From: Gemmatimonadota bacterium
GTDB lineage: Bacteria; Gemmatimonadota; Gemmatimonadetes; Longimicrobiales; Gaopeijiaceae
Reading direction: 5' to 3'
NCBI GenBank assembly: GCA_034521595.1
Contig: JAXHMG010000003.1
Coordinates: 896,001 to 960,000 of the forward strand
Length of the DNA stretch: 64,000 nucleotides
Shown here: positions 19,690 to 30,162 of the stretch, piece by piece
Numbering within the stretch: position 1 is the first letter of the stretch
Layout: each line of letters starts with the position of its first letter
The notes under the pieces: model-generated
What the model saw: the letters and a program-made list of their open reading frames with translations, nothing else
Told to the model about the DNA's origin: nothing
Database searches by the model: none
Program-made: the position numbers and the translations under genes

Positions 19690-20577
19690 TCATCCCTCGG
19701 GAAGGGAGGTGCCCGCGATGATGTCCAGGTTGGGAAGCATCACGATCTCGATCCGGCGATTGAGCCGGCGGCCTTCCGCGTTCTCGTTGGAAGCGACGGG
19801 GTGGAATTCCCCGAACCCCGCTCCGGAGACGTTTCCGGGTGGCACGCCCGCGTCGATGAGAAGGCGGACGACGGACAACGCCCGCGCGCTCGAGAGCTCC
19901 CAGTTCGAGGAGAAGCGCTCGGTGGAGATCGGCACGTCGTCCGTGTGACCTTCGACCTGGAACTCCCGCTCGTCGAGCTCCGACAACACCGAACCGATCT
20001 CCCGGAGGGTGCGGCGGCCTTCCGCCCCGATGTTGGCGCTGCCCGACGCGAAGAGGATGTCCTGCGGGAGTTGGATGACCATGCGCCCACGCACGATGTC
20101 CACTGAGACACGGTCCCCGTCGATGAGCGCCTGGAAGCGACTGATGACCTCCTCGTAGATCCGGTTGCGGTCACGGATCTCTTCTTCGATGGCACGGAGC
20201 GTGGCGAGCTGCTCTCGCAACCGCTCGTATTCACTTCCTCGCTGGTTCAGGAGGATCTGGAGGCGCTCCACTTCCTGGCGGCTCGTGTTGAGGCCGTCGA
20301 CGGCCTCGGCCCTGAGGGCTTCGAGCGTGCGTACCTCGCGCTCGAGCTCCCGGATGCGCGTCCGGAGCGTGTCCGACCGAGCCTCCGCTTCCTCGAGCTC
20401 TCGCTCGAGCTCCGCTTCGCGCTCCTCCTGCCGGGCGATGCGCTCGCGGAGCTCTTCGCCTTCCGTCCGGGCCTCGGCCAGGTCGGCCAACGCGACCTCG
20501 TGCGTGCTCTTTCGCACACAGCCCGTGAAGATCGGTAGCAGAAGGCCGAGTGCGAGCCATGCGAACCTTCCTGGCAT
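19690..20577 (-). CDS. OmpA/MotB-family lipoprotein with long coiled coil
   Basis: Lipobox FTGC; ILFASGSA, VEGHTDDVPI, SNWELSSARA, NRRIEI. Confidence 0.88.
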   Translation of the reverse strand: MPGRFAWLALGLLLPIFTGCVRKSTHEVALADLAEARTEGEELRERIARQEEREAELERELEEAEARSDTLRTRIRELEREVRTLEALRAEAVDGLNTSRQEVERLQILLNQRGSEYERLREQLATLRAIEEEIRDRNRIYEEVISRFQALIDGDRVSVDIVRGRMVIQLPQDILFASGSANIGAEGRRTLREIGSVLSELDEREFQVEGHTDDVPISTERFSSNWELSSARALSVVRLLIDAGVPPGNVSGAGFGEFHPVASNENAEGRRLNRRIEIVMLPNLDIIAGTSLPEG

Positions 20578-20755
20578 GTATCCTCCGGAGCGTCGCTTCG
20601 AGAAGGGGGCATCGTGAATGCGCGATCAGTGATCGCGGCGCTTCAAGTTATCGGTTGAAGAGGGTCTGCGGGAGCGCGCCGAGGCGAGGTTGCTTGCCTT
20701 TGCCCGCTTCGTGACTTTCAAGCCTCCGTGCCATCGAAACCCCGAGCCACCGAGG

Positions 20756-21175
20756 ATGCCCATGAGCGAGCGACCCGAGCAAGATCTCCAGGATGATAGA
20801 CTGAGAACGGCTCCTTTGAAGCGCTTCGAAGGCCCGAGCCACGCGTTCGATCTGGATGCGGTCGCGAAGCAGCTTCGAACCGAGGACCATCCGGTCCGCC
20901 ACGGCCATCGGCAGATGACGCTGTTTCAGCGCGACCACATCACGCACGTCGTGTTCGTGTTCGACGCGGACGGGTATCTGGCCGAACACTCCGCGCCGGG
21001 TCTCGTGACCATCCACACGCATCGCGGCCGAATCGAGGTGACCGAGCGCGGCGAGGTCCACGATCTGGCCGAGGGTCAGATCCTGGTGCTCGATCCCAAG
21101 GTGCCTCACGAGGTGCGCGCCCGGGAAGAAAGCGTGATGCTGCTCACGGTCCACGTGCACCGGGACCAGCGATAA
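20756..21175 (+). CDS. Cupin-domain protein
   Basis: LAEHSAPG.VTIH..G.I; VPHEVRA; MLLTV. Confidence 0.8.
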   Translation: MPMSERPEQDLQDDRLRTAPLKRFEGPSHAFDLDAVAKQLRTEDHPVRHGHRQMTLFQRDHITHVVFVFDADGYLAEHSAPGLVTIHTHRGRIEVTERGEVHDLAEGQILVLDPKVPHEVRAREESVMLLTVHVHRDQR

Positions 21176-21188
21176 GCATCACGTCGTA

Positions 21189-22139
21189 ATGACCTGGATG
21201 ACCTGGCTGCTGGGAGGGGTTGGGCTGGTCCTCCTCCTCGGGGGCGGCGAGGCCCTCGTGCGCGGCGCCACGGCGCTGGCGCTGAGGCTGGGGCTGTCCC
21301 CGCTGGCCGTGGGTCTCACGGTCGTCGCGTTCGGTACGAGCACACCCGAGCTCGTCGTGTCGCTGGATGCCGCCCTGGGCGGCGTGCCGGACATCGCGGT
21401 CGGCAACGTCGTCGGCTCGAACATCGCCAACGTCACGCTCATCCTGGGGTTGGCCATGCTCGTCGGGCCGGCGGCGGTGGTGGCGCGAACCGTGCGGGTG
21501 GACGCGCCGCTCGTCGTGGGTGCGTCGCTCGTGTTGGTGGTGGTGCTCGCCGACGCCTCGGTCACCCGTTTCGAAGGGGCGGGGCTGGTCGTGGCGTTGG
21601 TGTTGTTCACCGGCCTCACGCTCCTGCAGGGGCGGCGGGAATCCCGCGCGGTGAAGGAAGAATTCGCGGACGCCCTCGACGGGCCTGCCTACACCGCCGT
21701 GGTGAGTGTGGCCCTGGTCGTCGCCGGGTTGGCGGGGCTGGTGATCGGGGGGCGCCTGTTCCTGGATGCGGCCGTGCTGGCGGCTCGCCTCGCGGGGCTG
21801 TCCGAGGCAGTCGTCGGGCTCACCGTCGTCGCCGTGGGCACGAGCTTACCCGAGTTGGTGACGTCCCTGGTCGCGGCCGCAAGGGGCCAGGGGGACATCG
21901 CGATCGGGAACGTGCTCGGCAGCAACATCTTCAACGTCCTGGGGATCCTCGGGGTCACCGCGGCGATCTCACCTCTGGCTCCGCAGGGCATTTCCTGGCC
22001 GACGCTGTGGGTCATGGTCGGGTCGGCCGTTCTGGTGGCGGTGGCGGCCGGCACCGGGACCCGGATCTCCCGGATCGAGGGTGCGGGGCTGCTCCTCGGG
22101 TACGGCGCGTACGTGACCTGGTTGGTGGCGGCCGGATAG
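21189..22139 (+). CDS. Calcium/sodium antiporter (YrbG family)
   Basis: Two alpha repeats, GLTVVAFGTSTPEL..GNVVGSNIAN and GTSLPEL..GNVLGSNIFN. Confidence 0.93.
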   Translation: MTWMTWLLGGVGLVLLLGGGEALVRGATALALRLGLSPLAVGLTVVAFGTSTPELVVSLDAALGGVPDIAVGNVVGSNIANVTLILGLAMLVGPAAVVARTVRVDAPLVVGASLVLVVVLADASVTRFEGAGLVVALVLFTGLTLLQGRRESRAVKEEFADALDGPAYTAVVSVALVVAGLAGLVIGGRLFLDAAVLAARLAGLSEAVVGLTVVAVGTSLPELVTSLVAAARGQGDIAIGNVLGSNIFNVLGILGVTAAISPLAPQGISWPTLWVMVGSAVLVAVAAGTGTRISRIEGAGLLLGYGAYVTWLVAAG

Positions 22140-22144
22140 CCTCG

Positions 22145-24175
22145 TCACGACATCGCGGCCGCCGCCCGCGGATCGCTCGGATGCGGACGTCCGAGTCCCG
22201 GAGGAGGCCTCCTGGTGGCGTAGAGGATCCCGAACGCCAGCAGGAGCCCCGCGACCGCGGCAACGTAGGCCCACCCCGGCGCGGTCGTGTCCGCATCGAC
22301 CCACCCGAGATGGGCCGGCACCAGGGCGATCGCGTTGTTGAGCGCGTGCCAGAGCATGGCCGGAAGCACCGAGCCGGTGAGGAGCACGGTCGCCGCGAGC
22401 AGCACGCCCAGGAAAGCCGTCGGCACGATCCTGAACAACGCGACGTGGAAGAGCCCGAACAGCGCACCGACGACCAGACAGAGCGTCACGGGGCGAAGCC
22501 GCGCCGAGAGGCCGTGGAGGAGGACGCCGCGGAAGGCGATCTCCTCGAACACGCCCGGCAGGACGGCGAGAAACAGCAGGAGCTGCCACATCGGGAGGGA
22601 ATCGCCGAGCAAGACGTTTCCGAAGCTTTCCAACACGCTCTCGGGCACCGGGAAGACGTAGGCGTCGATCAGCTCCGCGAGGCCGATGCCGGCCAGGTAG
22701 GCGGCGGGAGCGCCGATCAGGACCGCGACCCACGCTGCGGGAGGCGGTGCGCGGAGGAAGAGCACGCGTACGGGATCGAGGCGGTAGACCCGGATCATGA
22801 GCGCGGTCCCGCCGCCGAAGAGTACGACGAGATTGACGAACACCTGCCCGCGGATGCCGAGAGCTTCTCCGAACCACAGGGACACGGTGAAGAAGAGGGC
22901 CCAGATCACGGCGAACCACCGGAGAACCCGTCTCGGAAAGAGCGCGGGACCGCCCTGCAGCTCGGCCGGATCGACCGCACCACCGCCGATGAGGCGCTCG
23001 GCGGAGAGGCTCCGCTCGGTGAGCCTCGTGAGCCCGTACCCGGCCCCGGCCGTAGCGCACCACGTGATCAGGAGGAACGGCCAATCGTGCTGGCTCAGGA
23101 CGACCTCACGCACGGCGACCCCGATGCCCGCCACGGGCACGAAAGCGATCGCGGACCGGAGCTCCATGCCCGGGAGCATCCCGGCCACGGAGAGCGCGAC
23201 GAAGACCAGCAGGACCGGAAAGAACGCGATCTGGAACTCCTTGTAACCGTCCACGCGTCCGGACAGGAGGAGGAGCGCGCTGGCGACGAGCACGGTGAGG
23301 GGGGCCAGGAGCAGGAGCACGAGGAGGGTGTCCAAGGCCGTGAGCGAGAGCGCGAGGTGCTCGGGGAGCTCGATCACGCCGAGCCCCAGGTAGACGAGCA
23401 GGTTGGCGGTGTTCACGGCCACGAGGACCAGCCCGAGCAAGACGATGGCGAGCACTTTCGCCCGGACGATGTCTGCGCGGGCGAGACCCGTGGTCAGAAG
23501 CGTCTCGAGCGTGCCGCGCTCCTTCTCGCCGCTCAGGGTGTCGACCGCGGCGATGGAACCCCCCGTGAGCATCAGGAGGAGCACGAACGGGGTCAGGGCC
23601 AGGCCCAGGAGCGCGCCGCCTTCCCGCTCCGCACCCGCGATGTTGCGCGGCACGACCTCCGCCACCCGGTCGGGTGGCACGGGAAGGCCGGCCGCCACCA
23701 GGGCGCTGTCCCGCCGGGCCCCCCGCACCCGCTCGAGCCGCTCGGCCAGGTCCGAGGCGGCGGCACGGGAGAGGTCGCTGCTTGCCCGGTAGTGGAGGCG
23801 TACGCCGGGGGCGTCGGCAGCGCCGAAGCCTTCGACCACGACGTGCAGATGTTCGGCCGCCAGCAGCGAGTCCGGCTGCTCCACCTGCCGCTCCTCGAAC
23901 CTCATCCTCGGCCCGGCGGAGTCCGTAGCCGCCGCTTCGGCCTCGTCGAGCGCCGCGAGGAGGAGCGCACGCGTCCAGTCTTCCCGCTCACCCGAGACCG
24001 CGTAGGTGAACACGGTCTCCTCCATGCGCTCCGCCTCGCCTCGCTCCACGGCTCGCATGACGAGGATCAGGGCGGGGAAGACCACCAGTGGCAGGACGAA
24101 GGCGATGAGGAGCATGCGGGTGTCGCGCGCCAACATGCGGAGCTCGTGCGCGAGCAGCGGGCGGATGCGCCTCAT
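22145..24175 (-). CDS. NatB-like ABC permease fused to CPBP/Abi intramembrane protease
   Basis: GEKERGTLETLL permease motif; CPBP motifs EEIAFRG, FGLFH, HALNN. Confidence 0.9.
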   Translation of the reverse strand: MRRIRPLLAHELRMLARDTRMLLIAFVLPLVVFPALILVMRAVERGEAERMEETVFTYAVSGEREDWTRALLLAALDEAEAAATDSAGPRMRFEERQVEQPDSLLAAEHLHVVVEGFGAADAPGVRLHYRASSDLSRAAASDLAERLERVRGARRDSALVAAGLPVPPDRVAEVVPRNIAGAEREGGALLGLALTPFVLLLMLTGGSIAAVDTLSGEKERGTLETLLTTGLARADIVRAKVLAIVLLGLVLVAVNTANLLVYLGLGVIELPEHLALSLTALDTLLVLLLLAPLTVLVASALLLLSGRVDGYKEFQIAFFPVLLVFVALSVAGMLPGMELRSAIAFVPVAGIGVAVREVVLSQHDWPFLLITWCATAGAGYGLTRLTERSLSAERLIGGGAVDPAELQGGPALFPRRVLRWFAVIWALFFTVSLWFGEALGIRGQVFVNLVVLFGGGTALMIRVYRLDPVRVLFLRAPPPAAWVAVLIGAPAAYLAGIGLAELIDAYVFPVPESVLESFGNVLLGDSLPMWQLLLFLAVLPGVFEEIAFRGVLLHGLSARLRPVTLCLVVGALFGLFHVALFRIVPTAFLGVLLAATVLLTGSVLPAMLWHALNNAIALVPAHLGWVDADTTAPGWAYVAAVAGLLLAFGILYATRRPPPGLGRPHPSDPRAAAAMS

Positions 24176-24948
24176 GACAGGTCGCCGAGGTCGTCTTCCT
24201 CGTCACCTTCGAGGCCGGCGACGAAGATGTCCTCGAGGTAGTGGAGCCCCGTCCGCGCGCGGTGTTCCTCCAGCGTGCCCTCGGAGAGGATGCGGCCCCG
24301 GTGCATGATCGCGATCCGGTCGCACACCCGCTCGGCCTCGGGCATCACGTGGGTCGAGAAGATGATCGCTTTGCCGAGGTCCCGGAGCTCCCTCACGATC
24401 CGGCGCAACTCCAGCGCGTTGACCACGTCCAGGCCGACGGACGGCTCGTCGAACACGAGCACGGGCGGGTCGTGCGCCACGGTCCTCGCGATCGCCACCT
24501 TCTGCTTCATCCCGCTCGAAAGCGTGTCGACCCGCGCGTCGGCGTATCTTCTGATGCCGAAGCGGTCGAGGAGTGCATCGACCCGCCCCTCGATGCGCGC
24601 TTCCGGATAGCCGTTCACCCGTGCGAAGAAGCGGAGCGTCTCCCGGGCCGTCAGGCGGGGGTAGAGCGCTGTCGACGCGGAGTGGAAGCCGATGCTGCGA
24701 CGCACCCCCTCGGGGTCGTGCCGGACGTCGTGCCCGTCCACCGTGGCCGAGCCCTCCGTGGGCTCGAGGATGGTCGCGAGCACCCGTAGCGTGGTCGTCT
24801 TGCCGGCGCCGTTCGCGCCCAGGAGGCCGAACACCTGGCCCGGCTCGCATACGAAGTCGATCCCGTCGACGGCCTGGATGCGACCGCGTCCACGGTCCCA
24901 GAACGTCTTGACCAGCCCGCGGACTTCGACCGTCCGGTCCTCCTTCAT
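24172..24948 (-). CDS. ABC transporter ATP-binding protein (NatA-like)
   Basis: GANGAGKTT, LSSGMKQK, FDEP, STH. Confidence 0.93.
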   Translation of the reverse strand: MKEDRTVEVRGLVKTFWDRGRGRIQAVDGIDFVCEPGQVFGLLGANGAGKTTTLRVLATILEPTEGSATVDGHDVRHDPEGVRRSIGFHSASTALYPRLTARETLRFFARVNGYPEARIEGRVDALLDRFGIRRYADARVDTLSSGMKQKVAIARTVAHDPPVLVFDEPSVGLDVVNALELRRIVRELRDLGKAIIFSTHVMPEAERVCDRIAIMHRGRILSEGTLEEHRARTGLHYLEDIFVAGLEGDEEDDLGDLS

Positions 24949-26264
24949 CCGACCCCCTCGGTGACGTCTCGTCGCGTTGGCGGCTCGCGATCTCCCCGGC
25001 CGGCGCGGTCCCGCACGAAGCGCCACAGGCTTCCCCCGTGCGTGCCGAGCAGGTAGTCCTCGAACCGCAACACGTATCGGGCGGTGGTGAGGCAGACGAG
25101 GATCAACGCGAAGCTCACCAGGGCCGTCACGCCGAGAAGCGGCCAAAGGAAGATCCCGTGGATCGCGTCCCGCACCGCCATGGCGATGTTCGCCACCGGG
25201 ACCAAGGCGATGCCGGCCGAGAGCGTGCGGTCGGTCTGTTGCCCGAGGATCACGGGCAGGAGCGCGAGATAGAAGACGGGGGTGACCAGCGCCTGGCCGT
25301 CTTTGAAGCTCCGGGCGAAGGAGGCCAGGAGCATCATGGCCGCCGCGAAGAACAGCGCGAGCAGAACGGCCCCGGCCCCCATGACGAGCACGGCACTGGG
25401 CGTGAGGCTGACCGCGAAGTCGGGGCCATCGGTTCCCATGCCCTGAAGCGAGCCCATGACCGGGCCGAGGGAGAGCGACATCGCCCCCACGTTCAGGAGG
25501 CCCGCGACGGTGCCGAAGGCCGCCACATACAGGTATTTCGCCGTCACGATGCTGGAGCGCGAGGCCCGGGTGCTCATCACCGTCTCCCACGTTCCGCGTT
25601 CTCGCTCCCCCGCGGTCGTGTCCACGGCCGGCACCAGGCAACCGAGGGCCACGGAGATCACGAGGAACAGGGGGATCATGACGCCGAGGACCGTCGCGCC
25701 GAGCGCCTCCTCGCTCGACACGTTGCGGCGCTCGATGCGGAAGGGCTCGAGCGCCGAGCGTTCCAGGCCGAGGGCGACCGCTTCGTCGGACAACCGCTGG
25801 TCCCGGTAGCGGTCCAGGTGCGCCTCGACCCGTTCACGGGCGCGGCGGCTGCGATCGGTCGAGCGGTCGTAGTGGACGACCACCTCGAAGTTGCCCTCCA
25901 GCGCCTCGGCCCCTTCCGACGGCTCCTCGAAGACCAGGACCGCGTCGAGATCCCCGTCCTGGAGCTGCACGAGCGAGCTGTCCAGGGACTCTGTCCGTGT
26001 GGCGATCTCGAACCGCCCCTCCGCGGTCTCCGGGTCCTCGAGGGTGAAGAGCTCGGCATGGGTCTGCGTCGCACCGATAAGCGCGAGACGGGCCGGGGCA
26101 CGCTCCGACAGGCCCGTCACGAAAACCAGCGCGCTGATCTCGATCCAGAGCAGCAGCGGATAGAGCAGCACCGGAAGGAGGATGCTGTTGACGACGACGC
26201 TCCGCTCGCGCAGCGCTGAGCGGATCTCCCGTCCGAAGAGGGTTCGGACATCACGCCAGGACAC
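24945..26264 (-). CDS. NatB-like ABC permease subunit
   Basis: DTTAGERERGTWET, FARSFKDGQ; multiple TM helices; overlaps the ATPase start. Confidence 0.88.
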   Translation of the reverse strand: MSWRDVRTLFGREIRSALRERSVVVNSILLPVLLYPLLLWIEISALVFVTGLSERAPARLALIGATQTHAELFTLEDPETAEGRFEIATRTESLDSSLVQLQDGDLDAVLVFEEPSEGAEALEGNFEVVVHYDRSTDRSRRARERVEAHLDRYRDQRLSDEAVALGLERSALEPFRIERRNVSSEEALGATVLGVMIPLFLVISVALGCLVPAVDTTAGERERGTWETVMSTRASRSSIVTAKYLYVAAFGTVAGLLNVGAMSLSLGPVMGSLQGMGTDGPDFAVSLTPSAVLVMGAGAVLLALFFAAAMMLLASFARSFKDGQALVTPVFYLALLPVILGQQTDRTLSAGIALVPVANIAMAVRDAIHGIFLWPLLGVTALVSFALILVCLTTARYVLRFEDYLLGTHGGSLWRFVRDRAGRGDREPPTRRDVTEGVG

Positions 26265-26324
26265 CGGTCGTCCCACCGTCGGGCGGGCGCCCCCGCGGAG
26301 CACCCGCCCGATCCGTTGGCTCTT

Positions 26325-26543
26325 CTAGCCCTGCGTGGCCGCTAGCGAAGGATCCCAATCGCACGTCTTGTGCGATCCGTCACAAAACGGCTTGTTCGAC
26401 GAATCGCCACAGCGGCAGAGCGAGTAGGGGCGCCCTTCCGGAGTCGGGATGCTGTTGCCTTCGTGGTCGTAGAGGGGTACGTCCCCTTCCACGCGAAGGG
26501 AGCCACGGGCGGAGACGGTGATCTTGATGGCCGGGTCGGTCAC
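26325..26543 (-). CDS. CDGSH iron-sulfur domain protein
   Basis: SLCRCGDSSNKPFCDGSH. Confidence 0.92.
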   Translation of the reverse strand: MTDPAIKITVSARGSLRVEGDVPLYDHEGNSIPTPEGRPYSLCRCGDSSNKPFCDGSHKTCDWDPSLAATQG

Positions 26544-26810
26544 GTCTGTGTCCTCGGTTTCTGAGCTGAGATTGCGGAATCGACCCCCAAGCATCGCGAG
26601 GCTCGGACGGCCGGCACAACCCCGGGTCGACGGTGCCGACGGGTATATCACCCTCCCGTCCCGCTCGGCTTCACGCGGGCGGCGTCCTGCCGGCGTGCGC
26701 CTTGGTCGGCTCGCGCGCGTCCGGTAGATTTCGAGTCGGCGCCGCGGCCTTCACAGGACGCGGGCGCCGTCACCTCAGGTCCGAGCGATGGTCACCGTAG
26801 CGAGGCGCGT

Positions 26811-28043
26811 TTGATCTCCCCAGAGCGAAGAAGGTCGGTTCCGGTCGACGTCGGTGGCGTCACCGTCGGCGGGTCCGCCCCGATCGTCGTGCAGTCCATG
26901 ACGAACACCGACACGGCGGACGTCGCGTCGACGGTCGCCCAGGTGAAGCTCCTCGCCGATGCCGGGAGCGAGCTCGTACGGGTCACGGTGAACCACGACG
27001 CGGCGGCCCGGGCCGTGCCCGAGATCGCTCGGAAGCTCCGCGACGACGGGTACCGGACGCCCATCGTGGGCGACTTCCACTACAACGGGCATCTGCTGCT
27101 CACGAAGTATCCGGACGCGGCGGAAGCGCTCGCCAAGCTGCGGATCAACCCCGGGAACGTCGGGACGAAGCATCGCGACGCCAACTTCCAGCGGATCATC
27201 GAGGTGGCCGTCGCCCACGACAAGCCGGTCCGCATCGGCGTGAACTGGGGCTCCCTCGACCAGCGCCTCCTCACCGAGCTCATGGACGAGAACGCCGGGC
27301 GAGCCGAGCCGAAGGAAGCACGGGTGGTCCTGCTCGAGGCCATGATCGAGAGCGCCCTCCGGTCCGCCGCGCTCGCCGAGGAGACGGGGCTCGGACACGA
27401 CCGCATCGTGCTCTCGGCGAAGGTCTCGTCCGTGGGCGATCTGCTCACGGTGTACCGGATGCTCGCGCCACGCTGCGACTACCCGCTCCACCTCGGCCTC
27501 ACCGAAGCCGGCCTCGGGGCCAAGGGCATCGTCGCGACGACCGCGGCGCTCGCGCCCCTCTTGCTCGAAGGCATCGGCGACACGATCCGCGTCTCGCTGA
27601 CGCCCCGGCCGGGCGGGGACCGCGCCGAAGAGGTGCGTGTCGCGCAGCAGATCCTCCAGTCCCTCGGGCTCCGGCACTTCGAGCCGCAGGTGACGTCGTG
27701 CCCCGGGTGCGGGCGCACCACGAGCACGTTCTTCCAGGAAATGGCCGAGGACATCACCGGATACATCCGGGAGCGCATGCCCGAGTGGCGGAAGGAGTAC
27801 CCCGGCGTCGAGGAGATGGAGGTCGCCGTCATGGGGTGCGTGGTGAACGGCCCCGGCGAGTCCAAGCACGCCAACATCGGGATCTCGCTTCCGGGCACCT
27901 TCGAGGAGCCGAAGGCGCCGGTCTACGTCGACGGCGAGCACACCGTGACGCTCAAGGGCGAAGGCTTGGTCGAAGAGTTCAAGGGGATCCTCGAGGACTA
28001 CGTTGCCCGCCGGTACGGCTCGGAGGTCGCGCAACCGGTGTGA
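26811..28043 (+). CDS. ispG: (E)-4-hydroxy-3-methylbut-2-enyl-diphosphate synthase
   Basis: [49 protein letters not shown]. Confidence 0.97.
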   Translation: MISPERRRSVPVDVGGVTVGGSAPIVVQSMTNTDTADVASTVAQVKLLADAGSELVRVTVNHDAAARAVPEIARKLRDDGYRTPIVGDFHYNGHLLLTKYPDAAEALAKLRINPGNVGTKHRDANFQRIIEVAVAHDKPVRIGVNWGSLDQRLLTELMDENAGRAEPKEARVVLLEAMIESALRSAALAEETGLGHDRIVLSAKVSSVGDLLTVYRMLAPRCDYPLHLGLTEAGLGAKGIVATTAALAPLLLEGIGDTIRVSLTPRPGGDRAEEVRVAQQILQSLGLRHFEPQVTSCPGCGRTTSTFFQEMAEDITGYIRERMPEWRKEYPGVEEMEVAVMGCVVNGPGESKHANIGISLPGTFEEPKAPVYVDGEHTVTLKGEGLVEEFKGILEDYVARRYGSEVAQPV

Positions 28044-28074
28044 GCACCGGCCGGCTGAGGGGCGGCCCGGGAGG

Positions 28075-28674
28075 ATGAGCGTGCCGAACGTTCTCAGCCG
28101 GTTGAGGCTCGTTCTCTCTCCAGCGCTGGTCCTCCTGGCGCTGGTGACGGAATCGGGTCGGGTGGTGGTCGGCTTGTTGCTCGTCCTCCAGGTAACCGAC
28201 TGGGTCGACGGTCCGATCGCGCGCCGCCAGGGAACCGAGTCACCCGGCGGCGCCCGCATGGACTCGCTGGCGGACAGCACGATGTTCGGGAGTCTGTTGG
28301 GTGCCCTGGTCGTGCTCCAGGGTCCGCTGCTCCTCGGGGCGTGGCCGTGGATCGGCGCGGCTTGCGTGAGCTACGCCGTCTCCGCCGGATATGCGCTGGC
28401 GCGCTTCGGATCCCTACCCACCTACCACCAGTGGTCCGCCAAGGTCTCCGGTCCGCTCGCCCTGATCGCGGCGGTCGCCATCCTGCTCATGGGGGAGCCC
28501 TGGCCCCTGAAGGTCGCCGCCGCGGCCGTGACGCTAGCGAATCTCGAGGCGATCGCGATCACTCGCCGGCTCGACGGGCCCGCCACGGACGTGCCCTCGG
28601 TCTTCGCCGTCGAACGGGGGACCGTCGCGGAGCGGCGCGGGTCGTCCGGTAGGGCCTCGGAGGAGTTGCGGTGA
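28075..28674 (+). CDS. CDP-alcohol phosphatidyltransferase family protein
   Basis: PNVLS..R; TDWVDGPIARR..G..MDSLAD signature. Confidence 0.88.
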   Translation: MSVPNVLSRLRLVLSPALVLLALVTESGRVVVGLLLVLQVTDWVDGPIARRQGTESPGGARMDSLADSTMFGSLLGALVVLQGPLLLGAWPWIGAACVSYAVSAGYALARFGSLPTYHQWSAKVSGPLALIAAVAILLMGEPWPLKVAAAAVTLANLEAIAITRRLDGPATDVPSVFAVERGTVAERRGSSGRASEELR

Positions 28675-28723
28675 GCTCCCCATGGCCCCGGACACCGTGC
28701 CGTGAAGACGGCGGTCGCGCGCG

Positions 28724-29791
28724 TCAGTCGTCTCCGAGCAGGCGTTGCTTGAGTCGCGCCCATTCCTCGCTCGCCGTGAACTCCAACAGGACGGGGTTGA
28801 TCCGGTCGCGGTACTCGGAGTCCCGCGCGAGTGCGATCCCGTAGTACTGCTCGACGAAGGTGCCGGCGAGCACCCTGGTGCGCCCCTGGAACTCGCTCCG
28901 GCTGTAGTAGCGGAGGATGGGCGCGTCGTGAACGAAGGCGTCGAGAGTTCCGCCCGCGAGCGCTTCCAGTCCCGCTTCGATGGACGGGTACGACGCGACG
29001 GCGATGCCGTCTGCCTCGAGGTAGCTCACGGCGGCGGCCCCTTCGAGACCGCCCACGCGGGCTTGGGGGAGGTCCTCACGCCCACTCACGCGGCTGTCGA
29101 GCTGGGTGACGGTGAGGCTCGAGGCGATGGCTGCCGTGAAGAAGGAGATCACGACGATCGCGGTGAACATCCATATGAACCCGACGATCCGGCCGCCCAA
29201 CGTCCGGGGCGTCTTGTCGCCGTACCCGACGGTCGCCATGGTCACGGCGGCCCACCAGAACCCGCTTCCGATTCCCTGAGCGGCCGTGCCCCCGAACTCC
29301 TCGGGGTTCTCCACCCGCTCGAAGAGCCAGACCAGGGCGCCCCAGAACAGGAGAAGGCTCCCGAGCAGCCCGAACACCCAGAGGAACTCGAGCGAGAACA
29401 GGCGCCCCACTGCCTGGAGCAGCCCGGCGGGTTGGTGCGGCACGGCGATTCCGAGGCCCGTGGTGAAGAACGGGTGGGTGAAGTCCACGCGCTCCTCGCG
29501 CTCGGCCGTCACGGTGAGTGCCGAGGCCGACGCGAATAGCGTGCCGTCTTCCACACCGTCGAACAGGCCATCGAGGTTCCGCTCCTCGAAGACGTACTCG
29601 AGCTCCAGACGGTCGGCGATGTGGTCCCAGAGCCGTACCGTGAGGCCGGTATAGCCCTCGTCGCTCTCCATCACGAACGGAGGGACGACACGGGTGCCGA
29701 CGACCAGGGTATCCGAAGGCGCGGGGGCGGTTTGGGCGGCGCCGGGGAGGGGGCCGGCGAGGTGCAGCGCGAGCGCGAGCTTCAGGAGCAA
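28724..29791 (-). CDS. GluR0-like ligand-gated K+ channel (split periplasmic binding domain + pore); start uncertain
   Basis: PPFV..TVTAEREERVDFTHPF, TM1, WWAAVTMATVGYGD pore, TM2, DAFVHDAPIL..YGIAL. Confidence 0.88.
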   Translation of the reverse strand: MLLKLALALHLAGPLPGAAQTAPAPSDTLVVGTRVVPPFVMESDEGYTGLTVRLWDHIADRLELEYVFEERNLDGLFDGVEDGTLFASASALTVTAEREERVDFTHPFFTTGLGIAVPHQPAGLLQAVGRLFSLEFLWVFGLLGSLLLFWGALVWLFERVENPEEFGGTAAQGIGSGFWWAAVTMATVGYGDKTPRTLGGRIVGFIWMFTAIVVISFFTAAIASSLTVTQLDSRVSGREDLPQARVGGLEGAAAVSYLEADGIAVASYPSIEAGLEALAGGTLDAFVHDAPILRYYSRSEFQGRTRVLAGTFVEQYYGIALARDSEYRDRINPVLLEFTASEEWARLKQRLLGDD

Positions 29792-30162
29792 CCCCGCGAG
29801 GCGGGAGGTCGTAGAAAAGGCGTCTCGACGTGACCATGGCTGCGGCCATCTCGAGACGCCGGAGGAGTGAGGATCTCGGGCTCGAGCATCTAGTGTAAAG
29901 GGCGATATCATAGAACTTAAGTGCGGCCTCATGAAGGGCTTGTCTGTGTCATTCTCACCCAGCCTCGACGCAGCTTCCGTGGGTCGCGGCGGCGGGCGGC
30001 CTGCGCATGCCCCCACCATACGGCCGGGCTCTTCCTGTGTCCAACGCCGGCAGCCCTTTGCTTGACACCGCTCGTGCCGATTTCGAGCTTGATGGGAGCA
30101 TGCATCCCCCCCGACCGGGTCCGCCGCCGCCGCGCGGTCCGGTTGCATCCAAGGCCCCATCG

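Noticed and set aside
19690-20577. Flagellar stator MotB
   Set aside because: It has a lipobox and coiled coil instead of the MotB TM helix with the conserved Asp, and no motA neighbour.
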